Assembly (NCBI GenBank): GCA_030829955.1
Contig: JAURNY010000022.1
Location: forward strand, 12,332-76,331
Length of the DNA stretch: 64,000 nt
Reading direction: 5' to 3'
Origin: Gammaproteobacteria bacterium
GTDB lineage: Bacteria; Pseudomonadota; Gammaproteobacteria; Eutrophobiales; Eutrophobiaceae
Each line of letters starts with the position of its first letter. Within the stretch, counting starts at the first letter, position 1. The position numbers and the translations under genes are program-made. Under the pieces are notes generated by a model. The model worked only from the letters and a program-made list of their open reading frames with translations. It made no database searches and was not told where the DNA came from. Positions 28,423-41,151 of this stretch are shown in pieces.

Positions 28423-30732
28423 ATGTTTAACTTACTTAATAAGCTACTTCATATTTTTTCATTTGTTTTGATAGCTTTTATGCTGTCAATGTCAGTAAAT
28501 GCGGCAGAAGAATTTATTATTGAAGATATTCGTGTAGAAGGACTCGAGAGGATTACACCGGGAACAGTTTTTAATTATTTGCCCATGCAGGTGGGTGATT
28601 ATTTTGATGATTCACGCTCTTCAGAGGCGGTACGAGCATTATTTAAAACGGGTTTTTTTGATGATGTTCGTCTTGAGCGGGATGGTAATGTGCTTGTGTT
28701 CAGACTAAGGGAAAGGCCTGCTATTGGTTCTATTTCATTTACAGGTAATGAAGATATTAAAACGGATTTATTGATTGAGAACCTGAAGCAAATGGGTTTC
28801 TCTGAAGGCAGGGTGTTTGTTCAGGCTCAATTAGATCAAGTCGAACAGGAGCTTAGACGACAGTATTTATCGTTGGGGAAATATTCTGTTAGGATCACGA
28901 CGACAGTTTCTGAAATGGCAAACAACAGGGTTGCTATTGATGTCGATATATCCGAGGGTCAAGCGTCAAAAATCAAGAAAATTAATATCGTCGGTAATAC
29001 GGTTTTTGATGAAGATGATTTATTGGAGCAATTCACATTAAGTACTCCAACTTTGTTTTCATACTTCAGCAACAATGACCAGTATTCGAAACAAAAGTTA
29101 TCTGCTGATTTAGAGTCTTTACGCTCGTATTATCTTGATGCCGGCTATTTAAACTTCAATATTGAATCTACCCAGGTTTCAATTACGCCTGATAAAAAGG
29201 ATATTTATATCACGATAAATATCACCGAAGGCGAACAGTTTATGGTTACTGAAGTCAAATTGGGTGGTGATTTAATTTTGCCTGAGCAGGATTTGTTTGA
29301 CTTGGTATTAATCAATAGCGGTGAGCTATTCTCAAGAAAAAAAGTTACTGAAAGTAGTCACAACCTTACTGATAAACTTGGTGAAGTTGGATATTCATTT
29401 GCCAATGTTAATTCCATTCCTGAAATTAATAATGAAGATAAAACTGTTTCGATTACCTTTTTTGTAGATCCTGGTAAACGTATTTATGTGCGTCGGATAA
29501 ATTTTACCGGTAATACAAAGACTCGTGATGAAGTTATTAGACGTGAGATGCGCCAACAGGAACGTGCATGGATCTCTACTAAACAGGTTGAGCGTGGAAA
29601 AATCAGACTGCAGCAAACCGGTTATTTTAAGGACGTTAATGTAGAAACGCTTTCTGTGCCTGGTACAACAGATCAGGTTGATGTGAACTACACAATTGAG
29701 GAAGCTCCTGGTGGAAATTTGACTGCTGGTTTAGGTTTTTCTCCTGCTCAGGGTATTATTTTTAATGTTGGTGTTGCTCAGAATAACTTTATGGGTAGTG
29801 GCAAACGCGTTTCTTTCGACTTTAATAACAGTAATATAAATACCCGCTACTCACTCGGATATTTGGACCCATATTTTACTATTGATGGAGTTTCATTTGG
29901 TGGTGATGTTTTCTATCGAGAAACCAATGCTTTTGATGCCAACCTTGCTAGATATGAAACCAAGGAATATGGCACTACAGTAAATTTTGGTTTGCCTATA
30001 TCCGAGACAAATAGAGTCAATGGAGCTGTCAATTACACAAAAACAGATATGAACCTTGACTCTACTTCTTCCTTTGTATTAAGAAACTTTATTAATGACA
30101 ATGGTAGCACTTACGACTTGTTAAAATTATCACTGAGTTATTCTCATAATACTTTAAATGATAGTTTTTTACCTACTAACGGTACTAGACACCGTATTGG
30201 TGGATTAGTATCAACCCCGTTTATGAGTAATTCGCTCGAATATTACAAAATTAGTTATGATGTATCCTGGTTCAAGGATATTTATAAAGATTTTATTTTT
30301 AGCTTGAGTGGTAATTTAGGTTATGGAGATAGCTATAGTGATACAACCGAACTGCCATTCTTTGAAAATTTTTATGCTGGGGGTCCAAAAACTGTAAGAG
30401 GATTTGAGGAAAATACTCTAGGACCTAGAGACGATAGGAATCGTCCAATTGGGGGTGATACAAAGATTGTTGGTAACGCAGAGATTATTGTGCCAGTTCC
30501 TTTCCTTGAAGATTACAAAAAGACTGTGCGCGTGACAGGCTTTATAGATGCCGGTAATGTATATGGTTCTGGAGAAGATGTTGATTTGGGCGAAATACGT
30601 TACTCAACAGGAATTGGCGCGGTATGGCTTTCGCCTTTTGGTGCTCTTAGTGCCAGCATTGCAATGCCGCTCAACGATCAGGCTACTGATGACGTACAGA
30701 ATTTTCAATTTACATTTGGAACAGCTTTTTAG
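28423..30732 (+). CDS. bamA: outer membrane protein assembly factor BamA
   Basis: 769 aa with signal peptide, POTRA repeats (I.DIRVEGL.R), and a C-terminal beta-barrel ending in F. Confidence 0.95.
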   Translation: MFNLLNKLLHIFSFVLIAFMLSMSVNAAEEFIIEDIRVEGLERITPGTVFNYLPMQVGDYFDDSRSSEAVRALFKTGFFDDVRLERDGNVLVFRLRERPAIGSISFTGNEDIKTDLLIENLKQMGFSEGRVFVQAQLDQVEQELRRQYLSLGKYSVRITTTVSEMANNRVAIDVDISEGQASKIKKINIVGNTVFDEDDLLEQFTLSTPTLFSYFSNNDQYSKQKLSADLESLRSYYLDAGYLNFNIESTQVSITPDKKDIYITINITEGEQFMVTEVKLGGDLILPEQDLFDLVLINSGELFSRKKVTESSHNLTDKLGEVGYSFANVNSIPEINNEDKTVSITFFVDPGKRIYVRRINFTGNTKTRDEVIRREMRQQERAWISTKQVERGKIRLQQTGYFKDVNVETLSVPGTTDQVDVNYTIEEAPGGNLTAGLGFSPAQGIIFNVGVAQNNFMGSGKRVSFDFNNSNINTRYSLGYLDPYFTIDGVSFGGDVFYRETNAFDANLARYETKEYGTTVNFGLPISETNRVNGAVNYTKTDMNLDSTSSFVLRNFINDNGSTYDLLKLSLSYSHNTLNDSFLPTNGTRHRIGGLVSTPFMSNSLEYYKISYDVSWFKDIYKDFIFSLSGNLGYGDSYSDTTELPFFENFYAGGPKTVRGFEENTLGPRDDRNRPIGGDTKIVGNAEIIVPVPFLEDYKKTVRVTGFIDAGNVYGSGEDVDLGEIRYSTGIGAVWLSPFGALSASIAMPLNDQATDDVQNFQFTFGTAF

Positions 30733-30753
30733 TTGATTTTTTGGAGTAGTTTA

Positions 30754-31269
30754 ATGAGTTTATTTAAGAATTTTTTATTTGCTTGTGCTTTATTTTCGGT
30801 TTCTCAGTATTCACTTGCGGAGGAATATAAAATAGGTGTGTTTGATCCAATTCGTATTCTGGACAAATCTCCGCAAGCAGCTGATTCAAAGAGTATGCTT
30901 GAGAAAGAGTTTGCACCCAGAGATAAAAAACTGGTTGCTGAGCAAAAGAGAATTCGTGATTTGGAAGAAAAGCTCAATAAAGATGGTGCGATCATGAGTG
31001 AACAGGAACGCACCAAACTTGAAAGAGATATTATTAATGCAAAACGTGATTTAAAACGTAGTCATGACGAATTTCGTGAAGACCTCAATTTTCGTCGTAA
31101 CGAAGAAATGACCAAGATTCAAAAGAAAATTGCTGAAGTGATACAAAAATTCGCTAAGGATAATAATTTCGATTTGATTCTAGATACTGGTATAGTATTT
31201 GCGAGTGATAAAGTTAACATTACAAATTTAATCATCGAGAAATTAAATAAAGAGAATGGTGGCTCTTAA
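30754..31269 (+). CDS. skp: periplasmic chaperone Skp (OmpH)
   Basis: GGAG lies 7 nt before the ATG at 30754. Signal peptide, then a Lys/Glu-rich coiled-coil. Conserved bamA-skp-lpxD order. Confidence 0.9.
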   Translation: MSLFKNFLFACALFSVSQYSLAEEYKIGVFDPIRILDKSPQAADSKSMLEKEFAPRDKKLVAEQKRIRDLEEKLNKDGAIMSEQERTKLERDIINAKRDLKRSHDEFREDLNFRRNEEMTKIQKKIAEVIQKFAKDNNFDLILDTGIVFASDKVNITNLIIEKLNKENGGS

Positions 31270-31290
31270 TCCTATTTACTCTAATTAGTT

Positions 31291-32295
31291 ATGTCTGCCA
31301 CTCTGGGTGAATTAGCAAAAATCGCCAACGCAAGCTTGAGAGGCGATAGTCAATTCAAAATCACTGGCCTCAATACATTGAAAAAGGCTAAATCAGGTGA
31401 TATAGCCTTTTTATCAAATAGGCACTATATTCATTACCTTGATGAAACGAATGCTTCTGCTGTCATATTGACTGAGGATGATAGCAGGTTATGCAAAACA
31501 AATGCTTTGATAAGTGATAATCCATATTTATCTTATGCAAAGATAGCAAACTATTTATTCCCCCCCAAAAAATATTTGCCGTATATAGATAAGCTGGCTT
31601 CAATAGGTGAAGACTGCGAATTAGCTAAAGATATACATATTGCAGCTGGTGCTGTCATTGGTAACAGGGTGACGATTGACGTATCCTGTTATATTGGGTC
31701 AGGAGTTATTATTAGCGATGATGTGTCCATCGGAAAAAATACCCGCTTATTATCCGGTAATACTCTTTGTCATCATGTAAAAATTGGTGACAATGTCATA
31801 TTGCATCCTGGGGCTGTTATTGGCTCAGAAGGTTTTGGTATGGCAGAAGACAAAGGTAAATGGTTAACCATTCCCCAATTAGGTAGTGTTGTAATTGGAA
31901 ATAATGTTGAAATCGGTGCTAATACTACAATCGACCGTGGCGCGATTGACGATACTATTATCGAAGATGGCGTTAGAATCGATAATCAGGTGCAAATTGG
32001 TCATAATGTAATTATTGGTGAAGGTACTGCAATTGCAGGCTGTGTTGCTATAGCTGGTAGTGCTAAAATTGGTAAACGCTGTCGAATTGGCGGTTTAAGT
32101 GCTATTAGCGGCCACATTGAAATATGTGATGATGTAATGGTTACTGGAATGTCTGGTGTGCCTAATACGATTAATGAACCAGGTGTTTATTCATCTGGTG
32201 TTCCTATAACTAATAATCGGACATGGCGACGAAATATGGCGCGATTAAGAAATCTTGATGAAATAATAAGAAAAATACTAAAAAAACTGGATTAG
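31291..32295 (+). CDS. lpxD: UDP-3-O-(3-hydroxyacyl)glucosamine N-acyltransferase
   Basis: Left-handed beta-helix hexapeptide repeats. Conserved position. Confidence 0.95.
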   Translation: MSATLGELAKIANASLRGDSQFKITGLNTLKKAKSGDIAFLSNRHYIHYLDETNASAVILTEDDSRLCKTNALISDNPYLSYAKIANYLFPPKKYLPYIDKLASIGEDCELAKDIHIAAGAVIGNRVTIDVSCYIGSGVIISDDVSIGKNTRLLSGNTLCHHVKIGDNVILHPGAVIGSEGFGMAEDKGKWLTIPQLGSVVIGNNVEIGANTTIDRGAIDDTIIEDGVRIDNQVQIGHNVIIGEGTAIAGCVAIAGSAKIGKRCRIGGLSAISGHIEICDDVMVTGMSGVPNTINEPGVYSSGVPITNNRTWRRNMARLRNLDEIIRKILKKLD

Positions 32296-32308
32296 GCAGA
32301 AAATAAAT

Positions 32309-32761
32309 ATGGCTCAAGATGATATTTTTGATATAGAGAAAATAAAGAATATTCTGCCTCATCGTTATCCATTTCTTCTGGTTGATCGCATATTGGAAAT
32401 TGATGGATATAAACGCATCAAAGCACTTAAAAATATAAGTGTAAATGAGCCTTTTTTTCCAGGTCATTTTCCTAATAAACCGATTATGCCCGGTGTATTA
32501 ATTGTTGAATGTTTTGCTCAGGCCGCCGCTATATTAGGTGCCAATGGTTTGGAAGAGGGCATACTTAATGAAAACAGTTTATTTTATTTGGTAGGTATTG
32601 ATAATGCGCGATTTAGAAAACCCTCAGGCCCAGGTGATCAGCTCATTGTTGAAGTAGAATTTATTACGATGAAACGTAATATCTACAAATATGATGCCAA
32701 AGCTTATATAGATTCCAAATTAGTTGCGTCCGCAGAGCTACTAACGACAGTCATGGATTAA
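32309..32761 (+). CDS. fabZ: 3-hydroxyacyl-ACP dehydratase
   Basis: LPHRYPFLLVDR and FFPGHFP..PIMPGVL hot-dog motifs. Confidence 0.95.
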   Translation: MAQDDIFDIEKIKNILPHRYPFLLVDRILEIDGYKRIKALKNISVNEPFFPGHFPNKPIMPGVLIVECFAQAAAILGANGLEEGILNENSLFYLVGIDNARFRKPSGPGDQLIVEVEFITMKRNIYKYDAKAYIDSKLVASAELLTTVMD

Positions 32762-32766
32762 ACTCC

Positions 32767-33540
32767 ATGATAGACAATACTGTAATTATTCATCCTGATG
32801 CCGAGATTGCTGAAGGTGTTACCATAGGTCCATATTCAATAATTGGTGAACACGTCAAAATTTCTGCTGGTACTAATATTGGATCTCATGTTGTCATAAA
32901 AGGGCCAACAACTATTGGTTCAAACAATCGGGTTTTTCATTTTTGTTCTATTGGTGAAGATCCTCAAGATAAAAAATATCAGGGCGAGAGTGATTCGATT
33001 CTCGAGATTGGCGATAACAATACGATTCGCGAATATGTTTCAATCAATCGTGGCACCGGTGATGGCGGAGGTAAAACCGTTCTTGGAGATGATAACTGGG
33101 TCATGTCCTATGTGCATGTTGCTCATGATTGTTTGATCGGAAACAATAATATCTTTGCAAATAATGTGACCCTCGCAGGACATGTCAGCATAGATAACCA
33201 TGCGATTCTTGGAGGTTTTACAGGTGTGCATCAGTTTTGTCATGTGGGTAGTTATTCTTTTTCAGCAATTTCTTCAGTAATTGTAAAGGATGTCCCGCCT
33301 TATGTCCTAGTGTCTGGTAATACGGCAAAACCATCTGGTTTGAACCGGGAAGGTTTAAAACGACACGGTTTTAGTAGCGAGATGATTAATACTCTTAGAA
33401 AAGCATATCGCACAATTTATCGTGATGGCCTCAAATTGAAAGATGCGTTGAAGCTACTTGAAAACATGTCAGTAAAGTCCAAAGAAGTAAAAGCTCTGTA
33501 TGATTTTATAGCCGCTTCTCAACGCGGAATTGTCAGATAG
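32767..33540 (+). CDS. lpxA: acyl-ACP--UDP-N-acetylglucosamine O-acyltransferase
   Basis: IHP.A.I hexapeptide repeats and NRG.....T.IG..N. Conserved position. Confidence 0.95.
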   Translation: MIDNTVIIHPDAEIAEGVTIGPYSIIGEHVKISAGTNIGSHVVIKGPTTIGSNNRVFHFCSIGEDPQDKKYQGESDSILEIGDNNTIREYVSINRGTGDGGGKTVLGDDNWVMSYVHVAHDCLIGNNNIFANNVTLAGHVSIDNHAILGGFTGVHQFCHVGSYSFSAISSVIVKDVPPYVLVSGNTAKPSGLNREGLKRHGFSSEMINTLRKAYRTIYRDGLKLKDALKLLENMSVKSKEVKALYDFIAASQRGIVR

Positions 33541-33564
33541 ACTATTTTATCGGTTTTCATCATT

Positions 33565-34704
33565 ATGTTTCGTATCGGATTAGTCGCAGGAGAAGCTTCT
33601 GGCGATTTGCTCGGCGCGGGATTATTAAAAGAATTAAAATCAATGCATGGTGATATCGTCGTTGAAGGTATTGGTGGTGAGCAATTAATTAGCGAAGGCA
33701 TGAATTCACATTGCCCGATGGATAAATTATCCATTATGGGAATTACTGAAGTTGTAGCGCATTATAGAGAATTAAAAACGATTCAAAATAATCTGATCAA
33801 TTACTTTGTTAACAATCCCCCAGATATATTTATCGGGATAGATGCGCCAGATTTTAATTTAACAATAGAAAATAAACTTAAATCCGCAGGTATTAAAACC
33901 ATACATTATGTCAGCCCTTCAGTATGGGCGTGGCGTTCATATCGTATTCGCAAGATAAAAAAAGCAATCAATCTAATGTTGACGCTTTTCCCGTTTGAAA
34001 ATGAAATATATGAACAACATAATGTGCCTGTCAGTCATGTAGGACATCCATTGGCAGATAAACTTCATAATAATATTGATATTCAGGGCGCAAGGAAGAA
34101 GCTTGGTCTTTCCGAAACTAAAAAAGTAATTGCGCTTTTACCAGGCAGTAGAACGAATGAAATTAAAACATTAGGCCCAGTATTTATTCAGGTAGCCAAG
34201 CAGCTCCAGAATGAAAACGGGAACCTGAAATTCATTAGCGGTCTAGCAAATCAGAAGACGTATGAACAATTTAATATATTATGCAAGGAGAATAATTTCG
34301 AATCCGATATTAGATTGTTTATTGGTCAAACGCATGATGTTCTGGCGGCAGCAGATTTAATATTAATTGCCTCCGGCACCGCGACATTGGAAGCAATGCT
34401 ATTACAAAAACCAATGGTTGTTGCTTATCGTTTATCATGGCTGACATACTGTATTGTTAAAATACTCGCAAAAATTAAATATGCTTCATTACCAAATATA
34501 TTAGCCGGCAAAGAACTGGTTGCGGAATGTTTGCAAGATGATTGCAATGTTTTTCGTATCAAAAATGAAATGCAAGTTTTGTTAGATAATGAGGAACAGG
34601 TTGCTCATATCAAACGTTCCTTTTCTGGTTTGTCTTCTTCATTAGCTATTGGCGCTAATAAAAGAGCTGCGAAAGCCGTATCGGAGTTATTACATGTCAG
34701 GTGA
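33565..34704 (+). CDS. lpxB: lipid-A-disaccharide synthase
   Basis: [13 protein letters not shown]-terminus, [17 protein letters not shown]. Confidence 0.95.
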   Translation: MFRIGLVAGEASGDLLGAGLLKELKSMHGDIVVEGIGGEQLISEGMNSHCPMDKLSIMGITEVVAHYRELKTIQNNLINYFVNNPPDIFIGIDAPDFNLTIENKLKSAGIKTIHYVSPSVWAWRSYRIRKIKKAINLMLTLFPFENEIYEQHNVPVSHVGHPLADKLHNNIDIQGARKKLGLSETKKVIALLPGSRTNEIKTLGPVFIQVAKQLQNENGNLKFISGLANQKTYEQFNILCKENNFESDIRLFIGQTHDVLAAADLILIASGTATLEAMLLQKPMVVAYRLSWLTYCIVKILAKIKYASLPNILAGKELVAECLQDDCNVFRIKNEMQVLLDNEEQVAHIKRSFSGLSSSLAIGANKRAAKAVSELLHVR

Positions 34705-35305
34705 TAATTTTTTTCTGGATAGTATATTAAAGAGAATGCCACTTGCCGGCGTTGATGAAGTGGGCAGAGGGCCATTAGCCGGCCCGGTTGTTGCGGCTGC
34801 GGTAATACTTGATACGGCCAAGCCAGTCTCCGGCATAAAGGATTCTAAAAAATTAACTCATAACAGGCGAGTAGCGCTTTCAGAAAAAATCAAACAACAT
34901 GCGCATGCCTATGCGATTGGGCGAGCAGGGGTTGAAGAGATAGATTCTATTAATATATTGCAGGCAAGTTTACTCGCAATGAAACGCGCAGTAGAGAATC
35001 TGGCTATTGTGCCAGAATGTGTATTGGTTGATGGTAATCATAAACCGGATATTACTATCGAATGTTTTGCTATTATCAAAGGCGATAGTCTGGTTGAAGC
35101 TATTAGTGCAGCATCAATATTGGCAAAGGTCGAACGCGATATGGAGATGATGGCATTGGATAATATTTATCCTGGCTATGGGTTTGCCAAACATAAAGGT
35201 TATCCCACCAAAGTACATATGGAAGCAATTTCCAGTTTAGGTGTTACTGATATACACCGTCGTAGCTTCGCACCTGTAGCAAAATATATTACAACGAACG
35301 CTTAA
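34694..35305 (+). CDS. rnhB: ribonuclease HII
   Basis: [30 protein letters not shown] precedes the ATG at 34694; the track start at 34649 sits inside lpxB. Confidence 0.9.
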   Translation: MSGDNFFLDSILKRMPLAGVDEVGRGPLAGPVVAAAVILDTAKPVSGIKDSKKLTHNRRVALSEKIKQHAHAYAIGRAGVEEIDSINILQASLLAMKRAVENLAIVPECVLVDGNHKPDITIECFAIIKGDSLVEAISAASILAKVERDMEMMALDNIYPGYGFAKHKGYPTKVHMEAISSLGVTDIHRRSFAPVAKYITTNA

Positions 35306-35306
35306 T

Positions 35307-38300
35307 ATGATGAGCTTTGTTCATTTACATCTTCATACGGAATATTCCCTAATTGACGGTATCGTTCGAATACCCAGATTAGCAGCAAGTATTTCCACAA
35401 TGAATATGCCTGCTATTGCTGTAACAGAGCAAGGTAATACGTTTTCAGCTGTAAAATTCTATAAAAAAATGCAAGAGCAAGGGATTAAACCCATTATTGG
35501 CGCCGAATTAAATTTTATAAGCGAATATATTGACGAGCCATGTACTGTGGTAATGCTATGTCAACATATCGATGGATTCAGAAACCTTTCAAGATTGATA
35601 TCAAAAAGTTATCAGGAAGGGCAGCGTCGTGGCATGCCGTTTATTAATAAAGAATGGTTAAAAGAATACAATGAGGGTTTAATCGTTTTATCCTCTGCAG
35701 AAAATGGTGAATTGGGTAAATCTTTATTATTATCTGATAAGTCTAACATTGAATCAGTTATTGAATTTTGGATGTCTTTATTTCCAAACCGCTACTATGT
35801 CGAATTACAGCGAACTGGTCATGTAAATCAGCCGGAATATGTCCATCATGCTATAAAGGCAGCTTCACAATTCCAATTGCCAGTAGTCGCAAGTAACAAT
35901 GTTCGCTTTTTATCACAAGAAGATTATGAAGCGCATGAAGCGAGAGTGTGTATACGCGATGGGTATGTTTTAAATGACCCGCGAAGACCAAGACGATATA
36001 CGGATCAACAATACTTGCGAAGTAGTCAAGAGATGCAGGAGTTGTTTACGGATATTCCAGAGGCGATTGAAAATACCGTTTTAATCGCTAAACGTTGTAA
36101 TGTCGAATTTACTCTTGGCGAACATTTTCTTCCAAAATTTCCAACAAAAGAAAACGAAACACAGGAAGGTCGTCTGGTTAGTGATTCACGCAAAGGTCTG
36201 GATAATATTCTGGCTAGACTACCTGTAAATACTGAAGAAACAAATGATGTATATAGCAAACGACTGGAGAGAGAGTTAGAAGTTATCACTTCAATGGGCT
36301 TTGCGGGTTACTTTCTTATAGTTGCTGACTTTATACGATGGGCAAAAGAAAATGGTATTCCTGTGGGGCCGGGGCGTGGTTCTGGTGCGGGTTCATTAGT
36401 GGCTTATGCTTTGGGAATTACCGAGCTTGACCCAATGATCTATGACCTCTTGTTTGAACGATTTCTAAATCCTGAGAGGGTTTCACTTCCTGACTTTGAT
36501 GTTGATTTTTGTATGGATCGACGTGATGAAGTCATTGATTATGTCGCGCGAACATACGGACGCGATCATGTCTCGCAAATCATAACCTATGGCACTATGG
36601 CGGCAAAGGCTGTTGTTAGGGATGTTGGACGTGTGCTTGGTTTTCCATATGGTTTTGTTGATCAGATTGCAAAACTGATTCCTTTTGATTTAAACATGAC
36701 CTTGTCGAGAGCATTGGATGAAGAAAAAGCTTTAAAGGAACGTTATAACAAGGAAGAAGATGTTAGCACGTTGATTGATTTGGCCTTAAAGCTGGAAGGA
36801 ATATCTCGAAATGCAGGTCGACACGCGGGAGGTGTTGTTATTGCACCAACACCGCTTTATGACTATATGCCGCTTTATTGTGAACAAGGTTCACAAGCAA
36901 CAGTAACTCAATTTGATATGGGTGACGTTGAAGGAATCGGGCTTGTTAAATTCGATTTTCTTGGTTTACGCACATTAACAATTATCAACTGGGCACTGCG
37001 TGATATTAATCAGATGTTGAAACAATCTGATCAGGAATTAATAGATATTAACACGATTCCACTGGATGATGAAAAAACCTATAAGTTAATTCAGGCGACA
37101 GACACAACAGCAGTATTTCAGCTTGAATCAGATGGCATGAAAAAACTGATCAAGCGGTTGAGGCCGGATGTCTTCGATGATCTTATTGCATTAGTAGCCT
37201 TATTTCGTCCCGGGCCGTTGCAGTCGGGTATGGTCGATGACTTTATTGACAGAAAACATGGTGCAGCGAGTGTTGTCTATTTGCATCGTGATCTAAATAA
37301 AGATTTAGAGCCTGTTTTAAAATCAACCTACGGCGTAATCTTATATCAGGAACAGGTGATGCAGATTGCGCAAGTATTGGCAGGATATACCTTAGGAGGT
37401 GCAGATCTATTACGTCGTGCGATGGGTAAAAAGAAGCCAGAAGAAATGGCTAAGCAGCGTGATATTTTTACAAAAGGTGCAGTTGATAGAGGTGTGGTAG
37501 AAAAACAGGCAATCATGGTGTTTGATCTCATGGAGAAATTCGCCGGTTATGGATTTAATAAATCGCATTCTGCTGCTTATGCCCTGATTGCATATCAAAC
37601 GGCATGGTTAAAGGCGCATTTTCCTGCTGCATTTATGGCCTCGGTATTATCATCAGACATGGATAATACAGATAAGGTTGTAATGCTGCTGGAAGAAATT
37701 CGCCGTATGCAGATTAAAGTGTTACCGCCTTCAGTCAATCAAAGTAATTACCCCTTTACGGTTATTGATGGTGAAACTATTTGTTATGGTATGGGGGCGA
37801 TTAAAGGTGTTGGTGTTGCTGCGATAGATAATATTATTAATGAACGACAGGAAAATGGTTCTTTCCGAGATCTGTTTGATTTTTGTAAACGAATTGATTT
37901 AAGAAAAGCAAATAAACGTGTACTTGAAGCATTAATTCGTTCCGGAACGTTGGATGAGCTGGGGCCGAGCAGAAGCACCTTATTACATAATCTTACAAAG
38001 GCTATCTCCATTGCTGAACAACATAATCAGAATTCGAATAGTGGTCAGGATGATATGTTTGGATTGGATACTGTTGTCAACCCAGCTGATACAGAAACTG
38101 ATAATCCATCCTTGTTTGAACTTGTCGCAGACTGGAATGATCAGGAAAGATTAACCGGTGAAAAAGATACGTTAGGGTTTTATTTGAAAGGTCATCCGAT
38201 CAATCGTTATGAAGAAGAGCTTGAAAGACTGGTTTCATCTCGGTTAAATTCTTTTAACACTGGTTCTGTATTTGTTGCGGGCTATATTATGAGCATAAGA

Positions 38301-38783
38301 ACACGTACTGGCAGTCGTGGCAGAATGGCAGAAGTCAGATTGGATGATCGTACAGCCAGAGCTATGGTGACTGTTTACTCAGACGAATTTCAACAATACC
38401 GTCATTTATTGATCAAAGATCAGCTCGTCATAATCAAGGGCACTGCAATCGAGGACGATTATGTCGAAAGTGGTGTGTCAATTCGTGCTAATCAACTTTT
38501 TAGTTTGGAAGAAATTCGCAATAAATGCGGTTTCTTGATTCTGAATCTGGATAACAAGTATCTTGCGAATGGCGGCATGAATGAATTGAAACAAATTCTG
38601 TCGTCGAACCGGCATGAAGGCGCTGAAGTCTATATTCGTTATATTAACAATGAAGCCATTGTTAATTTGAATCTGGGAGAGGATTGGAAAGTGAAAATTA
38701 GTGACGATCTTGTCGATAAATTAATCGATTGTGTAGGTAAAGATAATGTTAAAATCGATTATAATAAACGCTTAATCCAATGA
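35307..38783 (+). CDS. dnaE: DNA polymerase III alpha subunit
   Basis: 1158 aa. PHP domain [33 protein letters not shown]-terminal OB fold. Confidence 0.97.
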   Translation: MMSFVHLHLHTEYSLIDGIVRIPRLAASISTMNMPAIAVTEQGNTFSAVKFYKKMQEQGIKPIIGAELNFISEYIDEPCTVVMLCQHIDGFRNLSRLISKSYQEGQRRGMPFINKEWLKEYNEGLIVLSSAENGELGKSLLLSDKSNIESVIEFWMSLFPNRYYVELQRTGHVNQPEYVHHAIKAASQFQLPVVASNNVRFLSQEDYEAHEARVCIRDGYVLNDPRRPRRYTDQQYLRSSQEMQELFTDIPEAIENTVLIAKRCNVEFTLGEHFLPKFPTKENETQEGRLVSDSRKGLDNILARLPVNTEETNDVYSKRLERELEVITSMGFAGYFLIVADFIRWAKENGIPVGPGRGSGAGSLVAYALGITELDPMIYDLLFERFLNPERVSLPDFDVDFCMDRRDEVIDYVARTYGRDHVSQIITYGTMAAKAVVRDVGRVLGFPYGFVDQIAKLIPFDLNMTLSRALDEEKALKERYNKEEDVSTLIDLALKLEGISRNAGRHAGGVVIAPTPLYDYMPLYCEQGSQATVTQFDMGDVEGIGLVKFDFLGLRTLTIINWALRDINQMLKQSDQELIDINTIPLDDEKTYKLIQATDTTAVFQLESDGMKKLIKRLRPDVFDDLIALVALFRPGPLQSGMVDDFIDRKHGAASVVYLHRDLNKDLEPVLKSTYGVILYQEQVMQIAQVLAGYTLGGADLLRRAMGKKKPEEMAKQRDIFTKGAVDRGVVEKQAIMVFDLMEKFAGYGFNKSHSAAYALIAYQTAWLKAHFPAAFMASVLSSDMDNTDKVVMLLEEIRRMQIKVLPPSVNQSNYPFTVIDGETICYGMGAIKGVGVAAIDNIINERQENGSFRDLFDFCKRIDLRKANKRVLEALIRSGTLDELGPSRSTLLHNLTKAISIAEQHNQNSNSGQDDMFGLDTVVNPADTETDNPSLFELVADWNDQERLTGEKDTLGFYLKGHPINRYEEELERLVSSRLNSFNTGSVFVAGYIMSIRTRTGSRGRMAEVRLDDRTARAMVTVYSDEFQQYRHLLIKDQLVIIKGTAIEDDYVESGVSIRANQLFSLEEIRNKCGFLILNLDNKYLANGGMNELKQILSSNRHEGAEVYIRYINNEAIVNLNLGEDWKVKISDDLVDKLIDCVGKDNVKIDYNKRLIQ

Positions 38784-38799
38784 AAAAGACCATAAATAT

Positions 38800-39753
38800 A
38801 TGAATTTTCTTGATTTCGAACAGCCGATTGCCGAATTAGAAGCAAAAATCGAAGAGCTACGCCATGTGGGAAATGATAAGGATATCAATATTAATGAAGA
38901 GATCAGCCGCCTGAAAAAACACAGTGATGAATTGACCCGCACAATATTTTCTTCACTAACGCCCTGGCAGGTTTCGCAGATTGCAAGACATCCGCAGCGC
39001 CCTTATACATTGGATTATATCGAAATGATCTTTACTGATTTTGAGGAACTACATGGTGAACGTAATGTAGGTGATGATCCGGCTATCGTTTCTGGGCTTG
39101 GTCGTTTGGATGGTATTCCGGTGGCAATTATTGGACAACAAAAAGGTCGCGATACAAAAGAACGTCTGCGCCGTAATTATGGTATGCCAAAACCTGAAGG
39201 TTATCGAAAGGCACTTAGAATCATGAAAATGGCAGAGCGTTTTGGACTGCCGGTTTTAACATTTATCGATACGCCAGGCGCATATCCCGGTATTGATGCA
39301 GAAGAACGCGGACAAAGTGAAGCGATTGCCAGAAATCTTTTGGAAATGTCTGAATTGGAAACACCTATTATCGCAACCGTCATTGGTGAAGGTGGTTCAG
39401 GTGGCGCATTGGCAATTGGTGTTGCAGATCGTTTATTGATGCTTCAATACAGTACATATTCTGTTATATCACCTGAAGGTTGCGCATCCATTCTTTGGAA
39501 AAGCGCCGAACGTGCGCAAGATGCGGCCGAGGCGATGGGCATTACAGCAAAAAGGCTAAAAGAATTGGGTTTGATTGATGATGTTATCTCTGAACCATTA
39601 GGTGGTGCGCATCGTGACATGAGCAAGATGGCGGCCGTGTTAAAAGAAAAATTAAAAAATGAAATGAATGATTTATTAAATTCATCACTACCTTCAGTTG
39701 TCATTTCCAGACAGGAAAGATTAAGGACCATCGGTCAGTTTAAAGAATCCTAA
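38800..39753 (+). CDS. accA: acetyl-CoA carboxylase carboxyltransferase alpha subunit
   Basis: [42 protein letters not shown]. Confidence 0.95.
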   Translation: MNFLDFEQPIAELEAKIEELRHVGNDKDININEEISRLKKHSDELTRTIFSSLTPWQVSQIARHPQRPYTLDYIEMIFTDFEELHGERNVGDDPAIVSGLGRLDGIPVAIIGQQKGRDTKERLRRNYGMPKPEGYRKALRIMKMAERFGLPVLTFIDTPGAYPGIDAEERGQSEAIARNLLEMSELETPIIATVIGEGGSGGALAIGVADRLLMLQYSTYSVISPEGCASILWKSAERAQDAAEAMGITAKRLKELGLIDDVISEPLGGAHRDMSKMAAVLKEKLKNEMNDLLNSSLPSVVISRQERLRTIGQFKES

Positions 39754-39783
39754 TACAGTTAATCGCAAGATTGCTTTTTGAAT

Positions 39784-41151
39784 ATGAATAATCTCAGTGG
39801 TGTTAACGCTCTTGATAGTGAGAGCATCAATGTATTCATTCAATCACTTCCTGTCAGTTCAAAATATATCCTTGCTGTAAGTGGCGGGATAGATTCTATT
39901 GTTCTTGCGCATCTGTTTTCACAGGTAAGTGATATTCAGAATAAAAATATTCTCATTGTGTATATCGATCATGGGCTTAATGAGCATAGTGCTGAGTGGG
40001 GTGAATCTTGTGCCGAGTGGTCTAAAAAAATTGGTTTTAAATTTGAATATATCAAAGTGAATTCTCGTCCCGAGAAGGGTGAGAGTGTAGAGGCATGGGC
40101 CAGAAAAGTTCGTTATGATTGTTTAATGAGTCTAATGCAGAAAGATGCGATTTTGTTCACAGCGCATCATCAAAATGATCAAGTCGAGACATTATTATTA
40201 AGATTATTCAGGGGTGCTGGCACCAGAGGTGTCTCAGCTATGCAGCTATGTAGACCATTTTCTGAAGGATTGCACATTAGACCATTACTCAATATTACGC
40301 GGGCTGATATAAGAGCCTATGCAGATTTAAAACAATTAAGCTGCATTGAAGACCCGAGTAATCAAGATATTAAGTTGGATCGAAATTATCTGCGGCATAG
40401 CGTCTTGCCAATAATTAATAAGCGTTGGCCTGCGTTTTTAAAAACGATCGCGCGCTTTATTGCTAATCAACAGGAAACATCCATGTTATTAGATGATGTC
40501 GGGCATGATGACATGTCAGAAGTTGTTGATATAAAAACACGAACAATAATTGTTTCAAAACTAAAGTTATTATCTTTGCCAAGGCAAAAAAATCTATTGC
40601 TTTACTTTTGCAGGATTTCAGAACTGGCAACACCTAATCAGGTTCATCTGCAACAGTTATTAAATGAATTGTTAACTGCCGATGAGGATAAAGAGCCATT
40701 AGTAACGTGGTCGAATGTAGAAGCAAGACGTTATCGGGATAGGTTATATATTAAGTTAAGCAATGAATTATTGGGCTTGCCGGAGCAGTCTGACTTATCT
40801 GTAAATCAAGCAATAAAACTCGACGACGAATCGCTTAAGTTGATCGCAAGTCAGGGGAAAGGTGTAAAAGCGGATATAATAAATAATCATAAGATTAGTG
40901 TCAGGTTTAAAAAGGGTGGTGAAAAGATTAAACCCTTCAATCAAAATATGACAAAGACACTTAAGCAATTATTTCAGGAAAAAGGTGTTTTGCCATGGAA
41001 GAGAGAGCGTTATCCATTAATCTATATTGATGATGAATTAGCAGTTGTGCCTGGTATTTGTATAGCGCATTCATTTGCTGCCAATGAATATGAAGCAGGT
41101 TTTATTATTCACTGGACTGGTTTTGAAAAGGTTGTTCAATCGAATGATTAA
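39784..41151 (+). CDS. tilS: tRNA(Ile)-lysidine synthetase
   Basis: PP-loop AVSGGIDS, HHQNDQ.ET.LLRL.RG. ATG at 39784; the track start at 39778 is a TTG. Confidence 0.9.
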   Translation: MNNLSGVNALDSESINVFIQSLPVSSKYILAVSGGIDSIVLAHLFSQVSDIQNKNILIVYIDHGLNEHSAEWGESCAEWSKKIGFKFEYIKVNSRPEKGESVEAWARKVRYDCLMSLMQKDAILFTAHHQNDQVETLLLRLFRGAGTRGVSAMQLCRPFSEGLHIRPLLNITRADIRAYADLKQLSCIEDPSNQDIKLDRNYLRHSVLPIINKRWPAFLKTIARFIANQQETSMLLDDVGHDDMSEVVDIKTRTIIVSKLKLLSLPRQKNLLLYFCRISELATPNQVHLQQLLNELLTADEDKEPLVTWSNVEARRYRDRLYIKLSNELLGLPEQSDLSVNQAIKLDDESLKLIASQGKGVKADIINNHKISVRFKKGGEKIKPFNQNMTKTLKQLFQEKGVLPWKRERYPLIYIDDELAVVPGICIAHSFAANEYEAGFIIHWTGFEKVVQSND